Made by a program: the position numbers and the translations under genes
Source of the DNA: an uncultured archaeon
Lineage (GTDB): Archaea; Asgardarchaeota; Thorarchaeia; Thorarchaeales; Thorarchaeaceae
Length of the DNA: 60,526 bases
Assembly (NCBI GenBank): GCA_964458565.1
Contig: CAYWJO010000017.1
Coordinates: 1-60,526, forward strand
Reading direction: 5' to 3'
Notes under the pieces: model-generated
Told to the model about the DNA's origin: nothing
Databases searched by the model: none
What the model saw: the letters and a program-made list of their open reading frames with translations, nothing else
Part shown: positions 10,274 through 20,036 of the stretch, piece after piece
How the letters are laid out: every line of letters starts with the position of its first letter
Numbering within the stretch: position 1 is the stretch's first letter

Positions 10274-11821
10274 ATGACCAATGATAAGTTTGAAGAGCTG
10301 AAACGACTGAGAGAAGAATCCAAGCTTGCTGGTGGTGAAGCGCGAATCAAGCGGGAACACGAAAAAGGCAGGCTAATTGCTCGTGAACGAATTGACCGAC
10401 TTCTTGATCCAGAGTCATTCGTTGAAATAGATGAATTTGTCGTTCACAGATGTGTTGATTTCGGGATGGAGCAGAAGAAGATACTTGGTGATGGTGTCAT
10501 AACTGGCTATGGTACTATCAATGGTCGCAAAATATTCATCTTCAGTCAGGACTTCACAGTCTTTGGTGGGTCATTATCAGAGATGTATGGGGAGAAGATT
10601 GTAAAGATAATGGACTTAGCTATGGAAGTAGGTGCGCCTTTTATCGGATTGAACTCAGGTGCTGGTGCAAGAGTGCAAGAGGGAATTCAAAGTTTAGTGG
10701 GATACTGCAAGATATTCCGCAGAAACGTTCTTGCAAGTGGCGTTATACCTCAAATATCTGCGATTATGGGCCCATGCGCAGGAGGTGCTGTTTATAGTCC
10801 TGCAGTTACTGATTTCACTTTGATGGTCAAAGAGATTGCTCACATGTTCATCACGGGTCCGGACGTCATCAAGACGGTCACTGGAGAGGAGGTCACGTTC
10901 GAAGAGCTGGGAGGGGCAATGACGCATAACTCAGTGAGTGGAGTCGCCCAATTCGCCAGTGAGGATGAGGACCACTGCTTCGAGCAGATCAAGACGCTAC
11001 TCAGTTACATCCCGAGCAACAATATGGAGGACCCACCACGGATTGACACAGGGCATGCTCCGGATGACGTGGATGAGTCAATTGATGATATAATCCCTGA
11101 CGACCCAAACCTACCCTATGACATGCGAGACGTAGTTAGAAAGTTGACTGATAACGGTGATTTCTTCGAGGTCCATGAACACTGGGCCCAGAACATGATA
11201 ACCGGTTTTGCGCGATTCGATGGTCGTTCAGTGGGGATTGTTGGTCAGAACCCAGCCTTCCTTGCTGGGACCATTGACATCAATGCATCTGACAAGTGTG
11301 CGCGATTCGTTCGCTTCTGTGACGCATTCAACATTCCAGTCATCACCTTCATGGATGTACCAGGCTATCTCCCAGGAACTACCCAGGAGTGGGGCGGTAT
11401 CATCCGACACGGTGCGAAGATTCTGTATGCTTTCGCTGAAGCTACAGTTCCTCTGATCACCATAGTCACTAGGAAGGGATATGGTGGGGCATTTGACGTT
11501 ATGTCCTCCAAGCACATCGGTGCTGATCTCGTCTATGCATGGCCCACAGCAGAGATTGCAGTGATGGGACCGGATGGAGCAATCAACATCATCTTCCGCA
11601 AGGAGATTGCGGCTGCTAAGGACAAGGAGAAGAAACGTGCTGAGTTGGTGAAAGAGTACAGAGAGAAGTTTGCTAATCCGTACGTTGCGGCTGGTCTGGG
11701 TTATATTGACAAGGTCATCTTCCCACATGAAACCCGTCCGTTGATCTGTAAGGGTCTCGACATGCTTGAGAGTAAGAGGCAAAGCAGGCCTCCCAAGAAA
11801 CACGGGAATATCCCACTATAG
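10274..11821 (+). CDS. pccB: Acyl-CoA carboxylase carboxyltransferase beta subunit (PccB/MmdA/transcarboxylase 12S family)
   Basis: QDFTVFGGSL, SGAGARVQEG, GPCAGGAVYSPA, DVPGYLPG, C-terminal PPKKHGNIPL. Confidence 0.95.
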   Translation: MTNDKFEELKRLREESKLAGGEARIKREHEKGRLIARERIDRLLDPESFVEIDEFVVHRCVDFGMEQKKILGDGVITGYGTINGRKIFIFSQDFTVFGGSLSEMYGEKIVKIMDLAMEVGAPFIGLNSGAGARVQEGIQSLVGYCKIFRRNVLASGVIPQISAIMGPCAGGAVYSPAVTDFTLMVKEIAHMFITGPDVIKTVTGEEVTFEELGGAMTHNSVSGVAQFASEDEDHCFEQIKTLLSYIPSNNMEDPPRIDTGHAPDDVDESIDDIIPDDPNLPYDMRDVVRKLTDNGDFFEVHEHWAQNMITGFARFDGRSVGIVGQNPAFLAGTIDINASDKCARFVRFCDAFNIPVITFMDVPGYLPGTTQEWGGIIRHGAKILYAFAEATVPLITIVTRKGYGGAFDVMSSKHIGADLVYAWPTAEIAVMGPDGAINIIFRKEIAAAKDKEKKRAELVKEYREKFANPYVAAGLGYIDKVIFPHETRPLICKGLDMLESKRQSRPPKKHGNIPL

Positions 11822-11899
11822 CCTCATAGCATTGTGAATTGTACCACACTATAAAACATAATTAGCATTCAACTCAAATACTTTCTAGGTTGGTATTTA

Positions 11900-12103
11900 G
11901 TGATGTTACAATCGATACAGGAACTGGGTGTCTATCTTGCTGCAATTATAGCTACAATTTTACTGCTCGGAATCGTTGCCTATCGGCGAATGTTCGTAAG
12001 TGCCCAATATACTGAGATGTCTCATTCCGATAAGCTTGAGACCCCAACATATGAAGAAATGGGCTCAGGAATAACGATTACACCACCGGATGATGATGAG
12101 TAA
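11900..12103 (+). CDS. Small single-pass membrane protein
   Basis: One TM helix followed by RR and an acidic tail. Confidence 0.6.
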   Translation: MMLQSIQELGVYLAAIIATILLLGIVAYRRMFVSAQYTEMSHSDKLETPTYEEMGSGITITPPDDDE

Positions 12104-12328
12104 TTCATCCCATACTGTATTGTATTTTCTATTGCCATTGGCTAATGTTATCTGAGATGCTTCAGACTCAGCAAGTATCTTGTGTATTCCCTTCATAATC
12201 CTCTCACTCTAAGACATGTTCTGGATTTCAATTTGTCCTTACTTAATCATACTTTTCGCCATATTGGAAGGGTGTATCGTAACATGATGTTATAGTCATA
12301 CATTACATATCTTCATTGAAGTGATTCG

Positions 12329-12808
12329 TTGAAAGATACAAAAGAACCCGCAGTCATGATTAGAAAACGAAAAGTGATACTCGAACCTACGCCTTTGAGA
12401 ATACCCAAGGAACTATCTCTTCAACCCAAATTCTTTTGGTGGACAAAACTTCCCGATTTGACAATTATTGCTTATTCAGATGAGTTTGATGTGAGTGCTG
12501 TTCCTGCAAAGTACAAGGTGAAAACGACTATCAAGAACATCGGGCTTGCTCGAAGTAATCCAAGTCGGGTATATGTGAACGCAATTAGTCTTGTTTCTAA
12601 TCCGGAACTAAACGAAATAAGATTGCAATGCCCTTGTAACTTGCCTGAGCTGAATCCTAATGATACTTTTGATTGTGTTGTAAGCTTCGACCTTGCTAAA
12701 ATGCATGCCAGAGAAGTAGGAAGGATTGAGGTTCTAGTTGACCCGAAAGAAGAGGTATTTGAGAGTAGAGAAGATAATAATACAGAGTCTTGGAATTGGC
12801 CCAGCTGA
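12329..12808 (+). CDS. CARDB-domain protein
   Basis: LPDLTI...TIKNIG...VLVDPKEEVFESREDNN matches the CARDB pattern. Confidence 0.75.
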   Translation: MKDTKEPAVMIRKRKVILEPTPLRIPKELSLQPKFFWWTKLPDLTIIAYSDEFDVSAVPAKYKVKTTIKNIGLARSNPSRVYVNAISLVSNPELNEIRLQCPCNLPELNPNDTFDCVVSFDLAKMHAREVGRIEVLVDPKEEVFESREDNNTESWNWPS

Positions 12809-12913
12809 AGGAATCTTCCGATCGATTAGTACCTTTATCAAGAACCGCACCATTGAAATGGAACACCCTCATATCTAAGATGAGGCTAAGGTGAATCGCA
12901 TGCCAACCGCGAG

Positions 12914-12994
12914 TTGATTTGCAAGGGTCTCGATATGCTAGCGAGTAAAAGGGAGAGTAAACCTCCAAAGAATCATGAAGACGCCCCACTATAA
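12914..12994 (+). repeat. Degenerate direct duplicate of the pccB 3' end (copy of 11741-11821)
   Basis: Encodes LICKGLDMLASKRESKPPKNHEDAPL* versus LICKGLDMLESKRQSRPPKKHGNIPL*; 60/81 nt and 19/26 aa identical by manual alignment. Confidence 0.9.
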
Positions 12995-13085
12995 TTCCTA
13001 GCCTATAAGATCTAATAAACGGCTTTGAATTCCAGTAAGATTTCGAAAAGAGATATATTGTCGCACGTCGTATTATAAAGAAAAG

Positions 13086-13439
13086 GTGTATGGCATGTAC
13101 AAAGGTCCAGGCGTAAAATGGGTTTCAATCGTCGTCCTATCAATATTCTCAATTTCCCTGGGTTTTTCAGTATTAATCGGAACCACTGCAATCAGCAGTC
13201 CCGACTCTGATCCTGATACTACTACAACTGCAACTACAACTACAACTTCTTGGCCAACATGGTATTCGTCAACTCCAACATGTACGTATGAAACAACTAC
13301 ATGGATTACAACTCCGGACACAACATGGTGGGAACCAACGCAAATAACATATCCCGTAGCTCCAGTCGACTATACCGCATGGTTCATGCTTCTTCTTTTT
13401 ATAATTCTCTTTGTCTTTGGCTATTGGTATATATTCTAG
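13086..13439 (+). CDS. Small Thr-rich membrane protein
   Basis: N- and C-terminal hydrophobic helices flank a Thr/Trp-rich segment. Confidence 0.7.
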   Translation: MYGMYKGPGVKWVSIVVLSIFSISLGFSVLIGTTAISSPDSDPDTTTTATTTTTSWPTWYSSTPTCTYETTTWITTPDTTWWEPTQITYPVAPVDYTAWFMLLLFIILFVFGYWYIF

Positions 13440-13545
13440 CAATCTAGTTCAAAAAATCTTACATGAGAAGAGGATTAAATGTCCATCTAGAAGTGTTCAT
13501 ATGCTGTTATGATTTCGTATTATGTAGAGAGATTGGTGAAACCAA

Positions 13546-14724
13546 ATGCCAAACATGGTGAGCATTGTCACAGGACCTATTGTAGGACTCAGCTCTACTA
13601 CATTCCTAACGGAGACGAAGAAATTCGCAGCTCAACTGGGGAAGGAAATCGTGGTCTTTGATTTGTTCGATGAAGTTCTGAAGCGAGCGGAGATTAACCA
13701 TGATGATTTTTATGAAAGGGTCAATTATATTGGAGAGCTATTTGATGGATATGAATACCAATTTGAGTTAATGCGAAGAAATGCATACCTCTCTATCGCT
13801 CGTCAGATAGACAAACTTCCAGACACTGTGAATGCTGTAGTTAGAACCCCTGCTTCCATTGAGTGGAGAGGAGTTGATATCGAACTAAAGGATCACAGGA
13901 CTATTGCACAGGAAATCCGTCCTGATAGAATTGTCACTCTCATTGATGCTGAATGGAAGATTTTGGAGCGTATGAAGGGTAAATACGCTAGGCACACCCT
14001 AAGTGTCGTAGCGAAGCAAAAGGAGATGACTCTAGAGAGAATCTTGGATTGGCTCGCATCAGAAGTGTCTCGAAGTGAGGATTGGGCTGAATGGGCAAGC
14101 TATGTCACAGGTAAGAAAGTTCGGCATTATGTTCTTGGGACTGAGATTCCATGTTATGAGGACGAATGTATCTATGTGAAAGATGTAGACAACATGGTCA
14201 AGCTGCTGACTGAGAAGGAGCTTACAACATTCTATACATCTTACTCAATGACTGTCGCTACAGATGAGGTCAGAGATAAAATCAACAACATGATTTGGCG
14301 ATTACGTAACTATGGGGCAGTCTTTGATCCTGCGTCGATTGAGCTTGGTCCTGAATTTGAACACAAGGATAAATCTGTCATATTTGCATATACAGTTTGC
14401 AGAGACCTACGATGGGATGTTAAGAAGGTAGATATCGTGGTTGCTTTTCATCCCTACGCTGACATTCCGCCGCTCAGCACAGGAATGTTAGATGAGATTG
14501 GCCATGCCCGTGCTTTCAAGAAGGAACGATACATGGTCATGCCTGTTGGTGCAGGTAGTCCTTTCACTATAGACAATCTAGTCCCAGCTAAACACTTCTT
14601 TAAGGAGGGTGATGAATTCTTCAAATTTATTGAGAACGTTCGAAAACCACCTCTCACACCCCTGTTCACAGAACAAACACAGAAATTTGGAGAACTACAG
14701 AAGAAGGCTCTGTTGAATTCCTAG
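13546..14724 (+). CDS. Adenylate-kinase-like (degenerate P-loop) plus nucleoside 2-deoxyribosyltransferase-like fusion protein
   Basis: N-terminal IVTGPIVGLSST and IRPDRIVTLID resemble archaeal AdkA-like proteins; C-terminal YTSYSMT...RDLRWDV..VDIVVAF...STGMLDEIGHA is NDT/Rcl-like. Confidence 0.6.
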   Translation: MPNMVSIVTGPIVGLSSTTFLTETKKFAAQLGKEIVVFDLFDEVLKRAEINHDDFYERVNYIGELFDGYEYQFELMRRNAYLSIARQIDKLPDTVNAVVRTPASIEWRGVDIELKDHRTIAQEIRPDRIVTLIDAEWKILERMKGKYARHTLSVVAKQKEMTLERILDWLASEVSRSEDWAEWASYVTGKKVRHYVLGTEIPCYEDECIYVKDVDNMVKLLTEKELTTFYTSYSMTVATDEVRDKINNMIWRLRNYGAVFDPASIELGPEFEHKDKSVIFAYTVCRDLRWDVKKVDIVVAFHPYADIPPLSTGMLDEIGHARAFKKERYMVMPVGAGSPFTIDNLVPAKHFFKEGDEFFKFIENVRKPPLTPLFTEQTQKFGELQKKALLNS

Positions 14725-14792
14725 GACGAAATTCAGTTTTCATAATGCCCCATAAAAAGCATATCATCAATTGATTAATAGATTTTCATTTT

Positions 14793-15020
14793 CATGAGCT
14801 CATACACTGTGGTTGGGGTAAACAGCAAAATTACATCACATCCTGTGCACGTTGTGGTATAAAATTGTGAAGTGTTTGCTCCTTAGAACCTAATAGCAAG
14901 GACTACTGTTATTCATGCTCTAAGATTCAACGGAGCGCCAATACCAAACGCGGCTGCACATGCTTCTGTGTTTTCGTGATCTTTAGCATCGTCCTTCTTA
15001 TTGTTCTCGTTGCTGGATAA
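14793..15020 (+). pseudogene. B-box-like zinc finger plus C-terminal TM protein, interrupted by an in-frame TGA
   Basis: Frame reads ...HCGW...SCARCGIKL*SVC...DYCYSC...CFCVFVIFSIVLLIVLVAG*. TGA at 14868-14870 sits at an expected Cys. The nearest ATG (14794) is out of frame. Confidence 0.6.
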
Positions 15021-15075
15021 ACTCTTTAAATGAATACTCTCCATAGACATCTGAGATGGTGTGGTTGGGATTTGA

Positions 15076-15495
15076 ATGATTAGAAGAATATTGACAATTG
15101 TATTCTTTCTGCTCTCTGGCATTGTGTCACTAATCGGTCTCATCGTGAGTGAACTAGGAGCATACAAAGGTGGTTTATCAAGTATGGTAGGTGCTGCGTT
15201 TACCATCTGTATTTTCATTGCTGTCTACCTATCATATCTCTCTTCAGGACTCTCCCTAGGAGGTCTTCGAAAAACACCGTATTATCAATATGGCGACATG
15301 GAAATGGAATGGTACCGATCAGCCACTCCTACAACATGTGGTTGCTGTTTAGGTCCATTTCTAATTATGGCTGTGCTGTTTATAGCATCAGGTTATGAAA
15401 ATTCGGAATTAGTGTTTGTGCTTTATATCGTTGCAGGTGTGTTGAGTATGTTCGGTGGCTTGACGACTGAATACAAAGATACCCATGGTGAATAG
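15076..15495 (+). CDS. Hypothetical 4-TM membrane protein
   Basis: Four hydrophobic segments; SD-like GGTG/GGGG upstream. Confidence 0.7.
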   Translation: MIRRILTIVFFLLSGIVSLIGLIVSELGAYKGGLSSMVGAAFTICIFIAVYLSYLSSGLSLGGLRKTPYYQYGDMEMEWYRSATPTTCGCCLGPFLIMAVLFIASGYENSELVFVLYIVAGVLSMFGGLTTEYKDTHGE

Positions 15496-15525
15496 AATCT
15501 GAGTTTCTAGACCGATTTTTTTTGT

Positions 15526-15798
15526 TCAGTATTTTCCAAGAACCCAAGGACTCCATTGAGTTCTTGTTCCTCGTTTTTCAAGATGAACCTGCAACCTTTT
15601 CCTTATTGCATACAATTCTCGGAATCGCTCGTGATCTGAATATCCATTTAGTTCTCGTGCAAGTTCATCAAAAATGGCAAGGGGTACATTTTGGAAACAA
15701 CCCACAACATAATTCTGGTTCTTCTTTCCTCGCAGGAATGCTCTCAAAACTCCCTTCAGATAGTTACGCTCTGCAATAGCTATTGGAGTTACTGTCAT
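15526..15798 (-). CDS. Hypothetical protein (90 aa)
   Basis: SD GTGAGGT precedes the ATG on the minus strand; AT-rich promoter-like region upstream. Confidence 0.6.
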   Translation of the reverse strand: MTVTPIAIAERNYLKGVLRAFLRGKKNQNYVVGCFQNVPLAIFDELARELNGYSDHERFRELYAIRKRLQVHLEKRGTRTQWSPWVLGKY

Positions 15799-16053
15799 GC
15801 TAATACCTCACGTGTTTCTCAAATATATTATAGTATATTATATAGAAAAGTGTAATCTGTATCTCTCAGCCAAGAAAAAAAAAACTCTGAATTGTTAAGA
15901 TTGATTATTATGTTGAGATTTTCAAGAAACCTTTTTGGGGTACGTCTTGAGTTTACCTAATAATTATGGATAGTACTGTCATGTTCCTGGCATTTTAAGT
16001 AAGATAGAAAAAGAAGATTCATAACATCGTGTAGATATTCTATTACTTGTTAG

Positions 16054-16596
16054 GTGGAGAATATGTCCATGAGTCTAATTGTTGGAGCCATAGGTTTTTC
16101 GATGTTGGTAATAATTAGTGGTATCTGTAGTCGTAAATCAAAAGATACAATTCATGACACTATGGAAACTTATGTTCCAGAAGTTGAAGAACCTAGAGCT
16201 GAACTGAAGGAATTACCTATTGAGACCATCGAAGGTATTGGTCCGAAGTATGGAGCAATGCTAAGGGATGAAGGTATTGAAACAGTTTCGGAATTATTAA
16301 TCACTGACCCTATCCGCGTTGCAGAGATTTGTGGTGTAGGAGAATCACAGGCGCAACGATGGGTTGCTATGAGTCGGTTTTGCTGGCTTGATTCCGTTTC
16401 GGAGGAGGATGCTGAGGCAATCGTCTATGGGGGTGGTATCCTTGATATAGATGAATTAGCTGAAGCTGATGCTGAAGAATTACTTGAAGAGATTGAGAGT
16501 GCAGTTGGTCGAGATATTGTGAGAATTCCTGAGGGATACACATTCAATCTTGATAAGGTCAAGAGCTGGATTAAAGAAGCAAAAAGTCTTGAATAG
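16054..16596 (+). CDS. Membrane-anchored helix-hairpin-helix protein (DUF4332-like)
   Basis: N-terminal TM helix; HhH motif IEGIGPKYGAMLRDEGIETV; second HhH-like unit; terminal VKSWIKEAK. Confidence 0.8.
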   Translation: MENMSMSLIVGAIGFSMLVIISGICSRKSKDTIHDTMETYVPEVEEPRAELKELPIETIEGIGPKYGAMLRDEGIETVSELLITDPIRVAEICGVGESQAQRWVAMSRFCWLDSVSEEDAEAIVYGGGILDIDELAEADAEELLEEIESAVGRDIVRIPEGYTFNLDKVKSWIKEAKSLE

Positions 16597-16722
16597 TAAT
16601 CGAGATGGAGGATTCCTAACGATTGCACCAAATACAAAGCCATCTATATAATTAATATACTGGTTACCGACCATCTAATACCCAAAAGATTTTGGCTGTA
16701 TGGATGTGGAGGTATAGTACCT

Positions 16723-17871
16723 ATGGGTAGATTTGATTTTAGTTCATGGTATACAACTCTCGTCCTTAGAACTGGGTTGGGACATAGCTGGACTAGAACC
16801 GTAGGATGGTTTCTTGCACACAGTATAATTACAGGATCATTTATTTTCTTTGCGGGATTAGGCGAAAACATCATCTATGATGCATGGACTTATGTTTGGT
16901 TTGGAGCTTGGATTTGTCTTGTCTTCATCATTAGGCGAACTACAAATGGCCTTGCTGAAACTCTTGGAGTACCATTAACAGATTCACATTTCTATACATC
17001 CGATATATACAAGTTTGCGAAGAAGCAAGGCAACAACGTCATAGGTAATGATGATTTCAGTAAGTCGGCGAATGCATTTCTTCATCAACCCGCTGAACTC
17101 ATATTAGGTGTTATAGCATACATTCTCTTCGCATATGGATTCATTCCTTGGAGTTATCAAGGGGGATTATATGGACTGACTCCGTATCCATGGTTCGATT
17201 TAGTCCTATATGCGAATCTAATATTCTTCTTCTTTGACTATCTCCTCTTTTCTTCAGTGATATTTGTTGTCCTAGGTCTATTATACCCTCTTCTAAGAGT
17301 AGATTTGGGGTGTGAAACGGAATTGGACAAATTAAAGGGAGAAATTGAGAATATGGGAATTGAATCCCCCGTGGAGAAAAATGTTATTCTTTTTTTTCCT
17401 ATCAGGATTCGAAGAATTGGACACTCCATTGCTGATGTAACTTTGGGTGCATTTGGTTTGGTTTTGCTTCTCGAAGTTTATTGGTTAGTGTCGAATACGA
17501 TGAAAGGGCTCGAGTTTTCATGGAGTGGACTAGTACTCCTTATCCCCCTATTCTTTGGAACACTGATCGCTTTCATTCTTGCACAGAAGAAACTACATGA
17601 TACATTGAGTCCCTACTGGGAAGACATCAAACTCAACTATCCCACACTATTAACTGCTGAATATGGAGTGTTAAGTCAGAAGGATATAGCAACGACTGTT
17701 CTAGAGAATTCCAGACGTTACAAATTTGGAATACTCCTAATCTTTATTCTTGGATGTACCTTGATAGATTACCATTTATTTCAACTAATTGGACTTGAAA
17801 TCTGGACTGCTGTCGGAATTCAAATAGCAGTGATGGCTGGTTTGATGCAAGGATGGCAGTTTGTAGAATAA
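16723..17871 (+). CDS. Hypothetical polytopic membrane protein
   Basis: About 8 hydrophobic segments; SD GGAGGT upstream. Confidence 0.75.
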   Translation: MGRFDFSSWYTTLVLRTGLGHSWTRTVGWFLAHSIITGSFIFFAGLGENIIYDAWTYVWFGAWICLVFIIRRTTNGLAETLGVPLTDSHFYTSDIYKFAKKQGNNVIGNDDFSKSANAFLHQPAELILGVIAYILFAYGFIPWSYQGGLYGLTPYPWFDLVLYANLIFFFFDYLLFSSVIFVVLGLLYPLLRVDLGCETELDKLKGEIENMGIESPVEKNVILFFPIRIRRIGHSIADVTLGAFGLVLLLEVYWLVSNTMKGLEFSWSGLVLLIPLFFGTLIAFILAQKKLHDTLSPYWEDIKLNYPTLLTAEYGVLSQKDIATTVLENSRRYKFGILLIFILGCTLIDYHLFQLIGLEIWTAVGIQIAVMAGLMQGWQFVE

Positions 17872-17926
17872 ATATTACAAACAGAACGACTAAATACCAA
17901 AGGAATTCTTAATTTCAGGAGTTTAG

Positions 17927-19501
17927 ATGACAAAACTTCTCATCACAGATACAACACTTAGAGACGCGCATCAGTCACTCATAGCAACAAGAATGCGTAC
18001 AGAGCATATGCTACCTATTTGTGAGAAAATAGACAAAGTTGGGTATAATTCACTTGAGATGTGGGGTGGTGCAACATTTGACTCCATGATGAGGTTCCTT
18101 GATGAGGATCCTTGGGAACGTGTCGAGCTCCTGAAGGAGCACATGCCAAAAACCAGATTCCAGATGCTCTTACGCGGTTCTAATGTAGTAGCCTATCGAC
18201 AATACGCTGACGATGTCTTAGAAGCCTTTGTGAATGAGGCTGTTAAGGTTGGTATTGATATCTTCCGAATCTTTGACGCTTTGAATGATGTACGTAATAT
18301 GGAAGCGGCAATGAGGTTTGTGAAACGTGAAGGTGGACATGTGCAGGCAAGTATCTGCTACACGTTGAGTCCGTTTCACACAAATGAGAAGTTCGTTGAA
18401 AATGCAAAGGATCTATACGCATTAGATGCTGACTCGATCTGTATCAAGGATATGGCTGGACTCATATCGCCGAAAAACGCGTTTGAACTTGTATCGATGT
18501 TGAAAGATGAGATTGATATCCCGATTCAGTTGCATACCCACTATACAAGCGGAATGGGTTCGATGGCATATCTTCGAGCGGCTGATGCAGGCGTCGATGT
18601 AATAGACTGTGCAATCTCTGCCTTCTCAATGGCGACTTCGCAACCTGCTACTGAATCAATGGTTGAGGCATTAAAAGGAACACCTCGTGATACAGGTCTT
18701 GATTTGAAATTACTCTCGGAGATTGCTGATTATTTCAGAAAGGTGCGGGGTAGATACGTGCAGTATGAAGGTAGTCTACAGGGTGTCAATCCTCAAGTCA
18801 TAGTCTTTCAAGTTCCTGGTGGTATGCTGTCAAATTTGGATAATCAACTTCGTGAACAGGGGGCACTAGACAAGTACGATGAAGTGTTAGAGGAAGTCCC
18901 ACGTGTACGAGCTGATCTTGGATATCCCCCACTTGTCACTCCTTCAAGCCAAATTGTTGGAACTCAAGCGACACTCAATATAATTACTGGTGAGAGGTAC
19001 AAGATGATCCCCCATGAGGTCAAGCAGTATGTCCGAGGATATTATGGGCGACCTCCTGCTGAGATTAATCCAGAAGTCAAGAAATTAGCTATCGGTGATG
19101 AGCAACCCATAGATTGTCGTCCAGCAGATCTTCTTGAACCAGAACTTCCAGCCGCACGAGAAGCACTGCAAGATATCCCACATGAGGAGAGAGACCTTGT
19201 GTCCTATGCTCTCTTTCCACAGTATGTACTCGATTTTCTAAAACGGAAAGCCAAACGTAAGAAGCGCGGTGAACTTACTGTTGAGCATGAGCTTGCCCTG
19301 ATTGCCTCGGTACTTCACAAGAGCGGGTCTGGGGCTGTCAGGATGCTATCAACCGGATATGTAAAAACAGGTTGGTCACAGAGTTCCGGTGAACCTGTAA
19401 TTCAGGGTGGGGTTGGTGGCAACTGGGATCGTCAATCCTCTAGCTGGGCTTCAATTGGAAGGAAGCGAATAATGCGTGATCGCTCTCAGGGTGGTATATG
19501 A
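17927..19501 (+). CDS. Pyruvate/oxaloacetate carboxyltransferase (OadA/PycB/transcarboxylase 5S family) with no biotinyl domain and a C-terminal extension
   Basis: DTTLRDAHQSL, EMWGGATFD, IKDMAG, HTHYTSG, QVPGGMLSNL, PPLVTPSSQIVG; no AMKM motif. Confidence 0.92.
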   Translation: MTKLLITDTTLRDAHQSLIATRMRTEHMLPICEKIDKVGYNSLEMWGGATFDSMMRFLDEDPWERVELLKEHMPKTRFQMLLRGSNVVAYRQYADDVLEAFVNEAVKVGIDIFRIFDALNDVRNMEAAMRFVKREGGHVQASICYTLSPFHTNEKFVENAKDLYALDADSICIKDMAGLISPKNAFELVSMLKDEIDIPIQLHTHYTSGMGSMAYLRAADAGVDVIDCAISAFSMATSQPATESMVEALKGTPRDTGLDLKLLSEIADYFRKVRGRYVQYEGSLQGVNPQVIVFQVPGGMLSNLDNQLREQGALDKYDEVLEEVPRVRADLGYPPLVTPSSQIVGTQATLNIITGERYKMIPHEVKQYVRGYYGRPPAEINPEVKKLAIGDEQPIDCRPADLLEPELPAAREALQDIPHEERDLVSYALFPQYVLDFLKRKAKRKKRGELTVEHELALIASVLHKSGSGAVRMLSTGYVKTGWSQSSGEPVIQGGVGGNWDRQSSSWASIGRKRIMRDRSQGGI

Positions 19502-20028
19502 TGAGTTCAGAATACAAAATCCACTTCGAAGACAAAGAATACCATGTAGAGGTGAAACGCTTGGATGAAGGTGGTTTGCTTTTTATCAAAGTTGGAGAAG
19601 AAGGTTTCACAATGAAAGTAGAGGAGTGTGAAGATGGTTCATGGTCAGTCAATGATACAATATCTGATCATGCTATGAAAATCCTCAAACGATCTGGTAA
19701 GGACGTATCAATTGAACTCAATGGTGAGTCTCGAGAGATTGAATGGGCGCGAGTACGAAAAGCACAAACTACAGCAGTGACAGGTGCACCAACTAGTACT
19801 GGTGGTCCCAAAATTTCTGGCGGAGTCTATCCTCCGATGCCTGGAAAAATAACAGAGGTCCTGGTCGCAGTCGGTGATTCAGTCAAGTCTGGAGATACTG
19901 TTTGTATTCTTGAGGCTATGAAAATGTTCAATGAGCTTAAAGCAACCTCCGATGGGATAATAAAAGAAGTCAATGTAGAGTCCGGCTCTGCTGTGAATCC
20001 TAATGACCTGTTAATACTCATCGAATAG
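19498..20028 (+). CDS. Biotin carboxyl carrier protein
   Basis: PMPGKI...EAMKMFNE biotinylation motif; start overlaps the upstream stop. Confidence 0.93.
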   Translation: MMSSEYKIHFEDKEYHVEVKRLDEGGLLFIKVGEEGFTMKVEECEDGSWSVNDTISDHAMKILKRSGKDVSIELNGESREIEWARVRKAQTTAVTGAPTSTGGPKISGGVYPPMPGKITEVLVAVGDSVKSGDTVCILEAMKMFNELKATSDGIIKEVNVESGSAVNPNDLLILIE

Positions 20029-20036
20029 GTGTTTGT

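Noticed and set aside
11228-11803. 191-aa minus-strand ORF within pccB
   Set aside because: Antisense to a conserved gene in its GC-richer part, where long shadow ORFs are expected.
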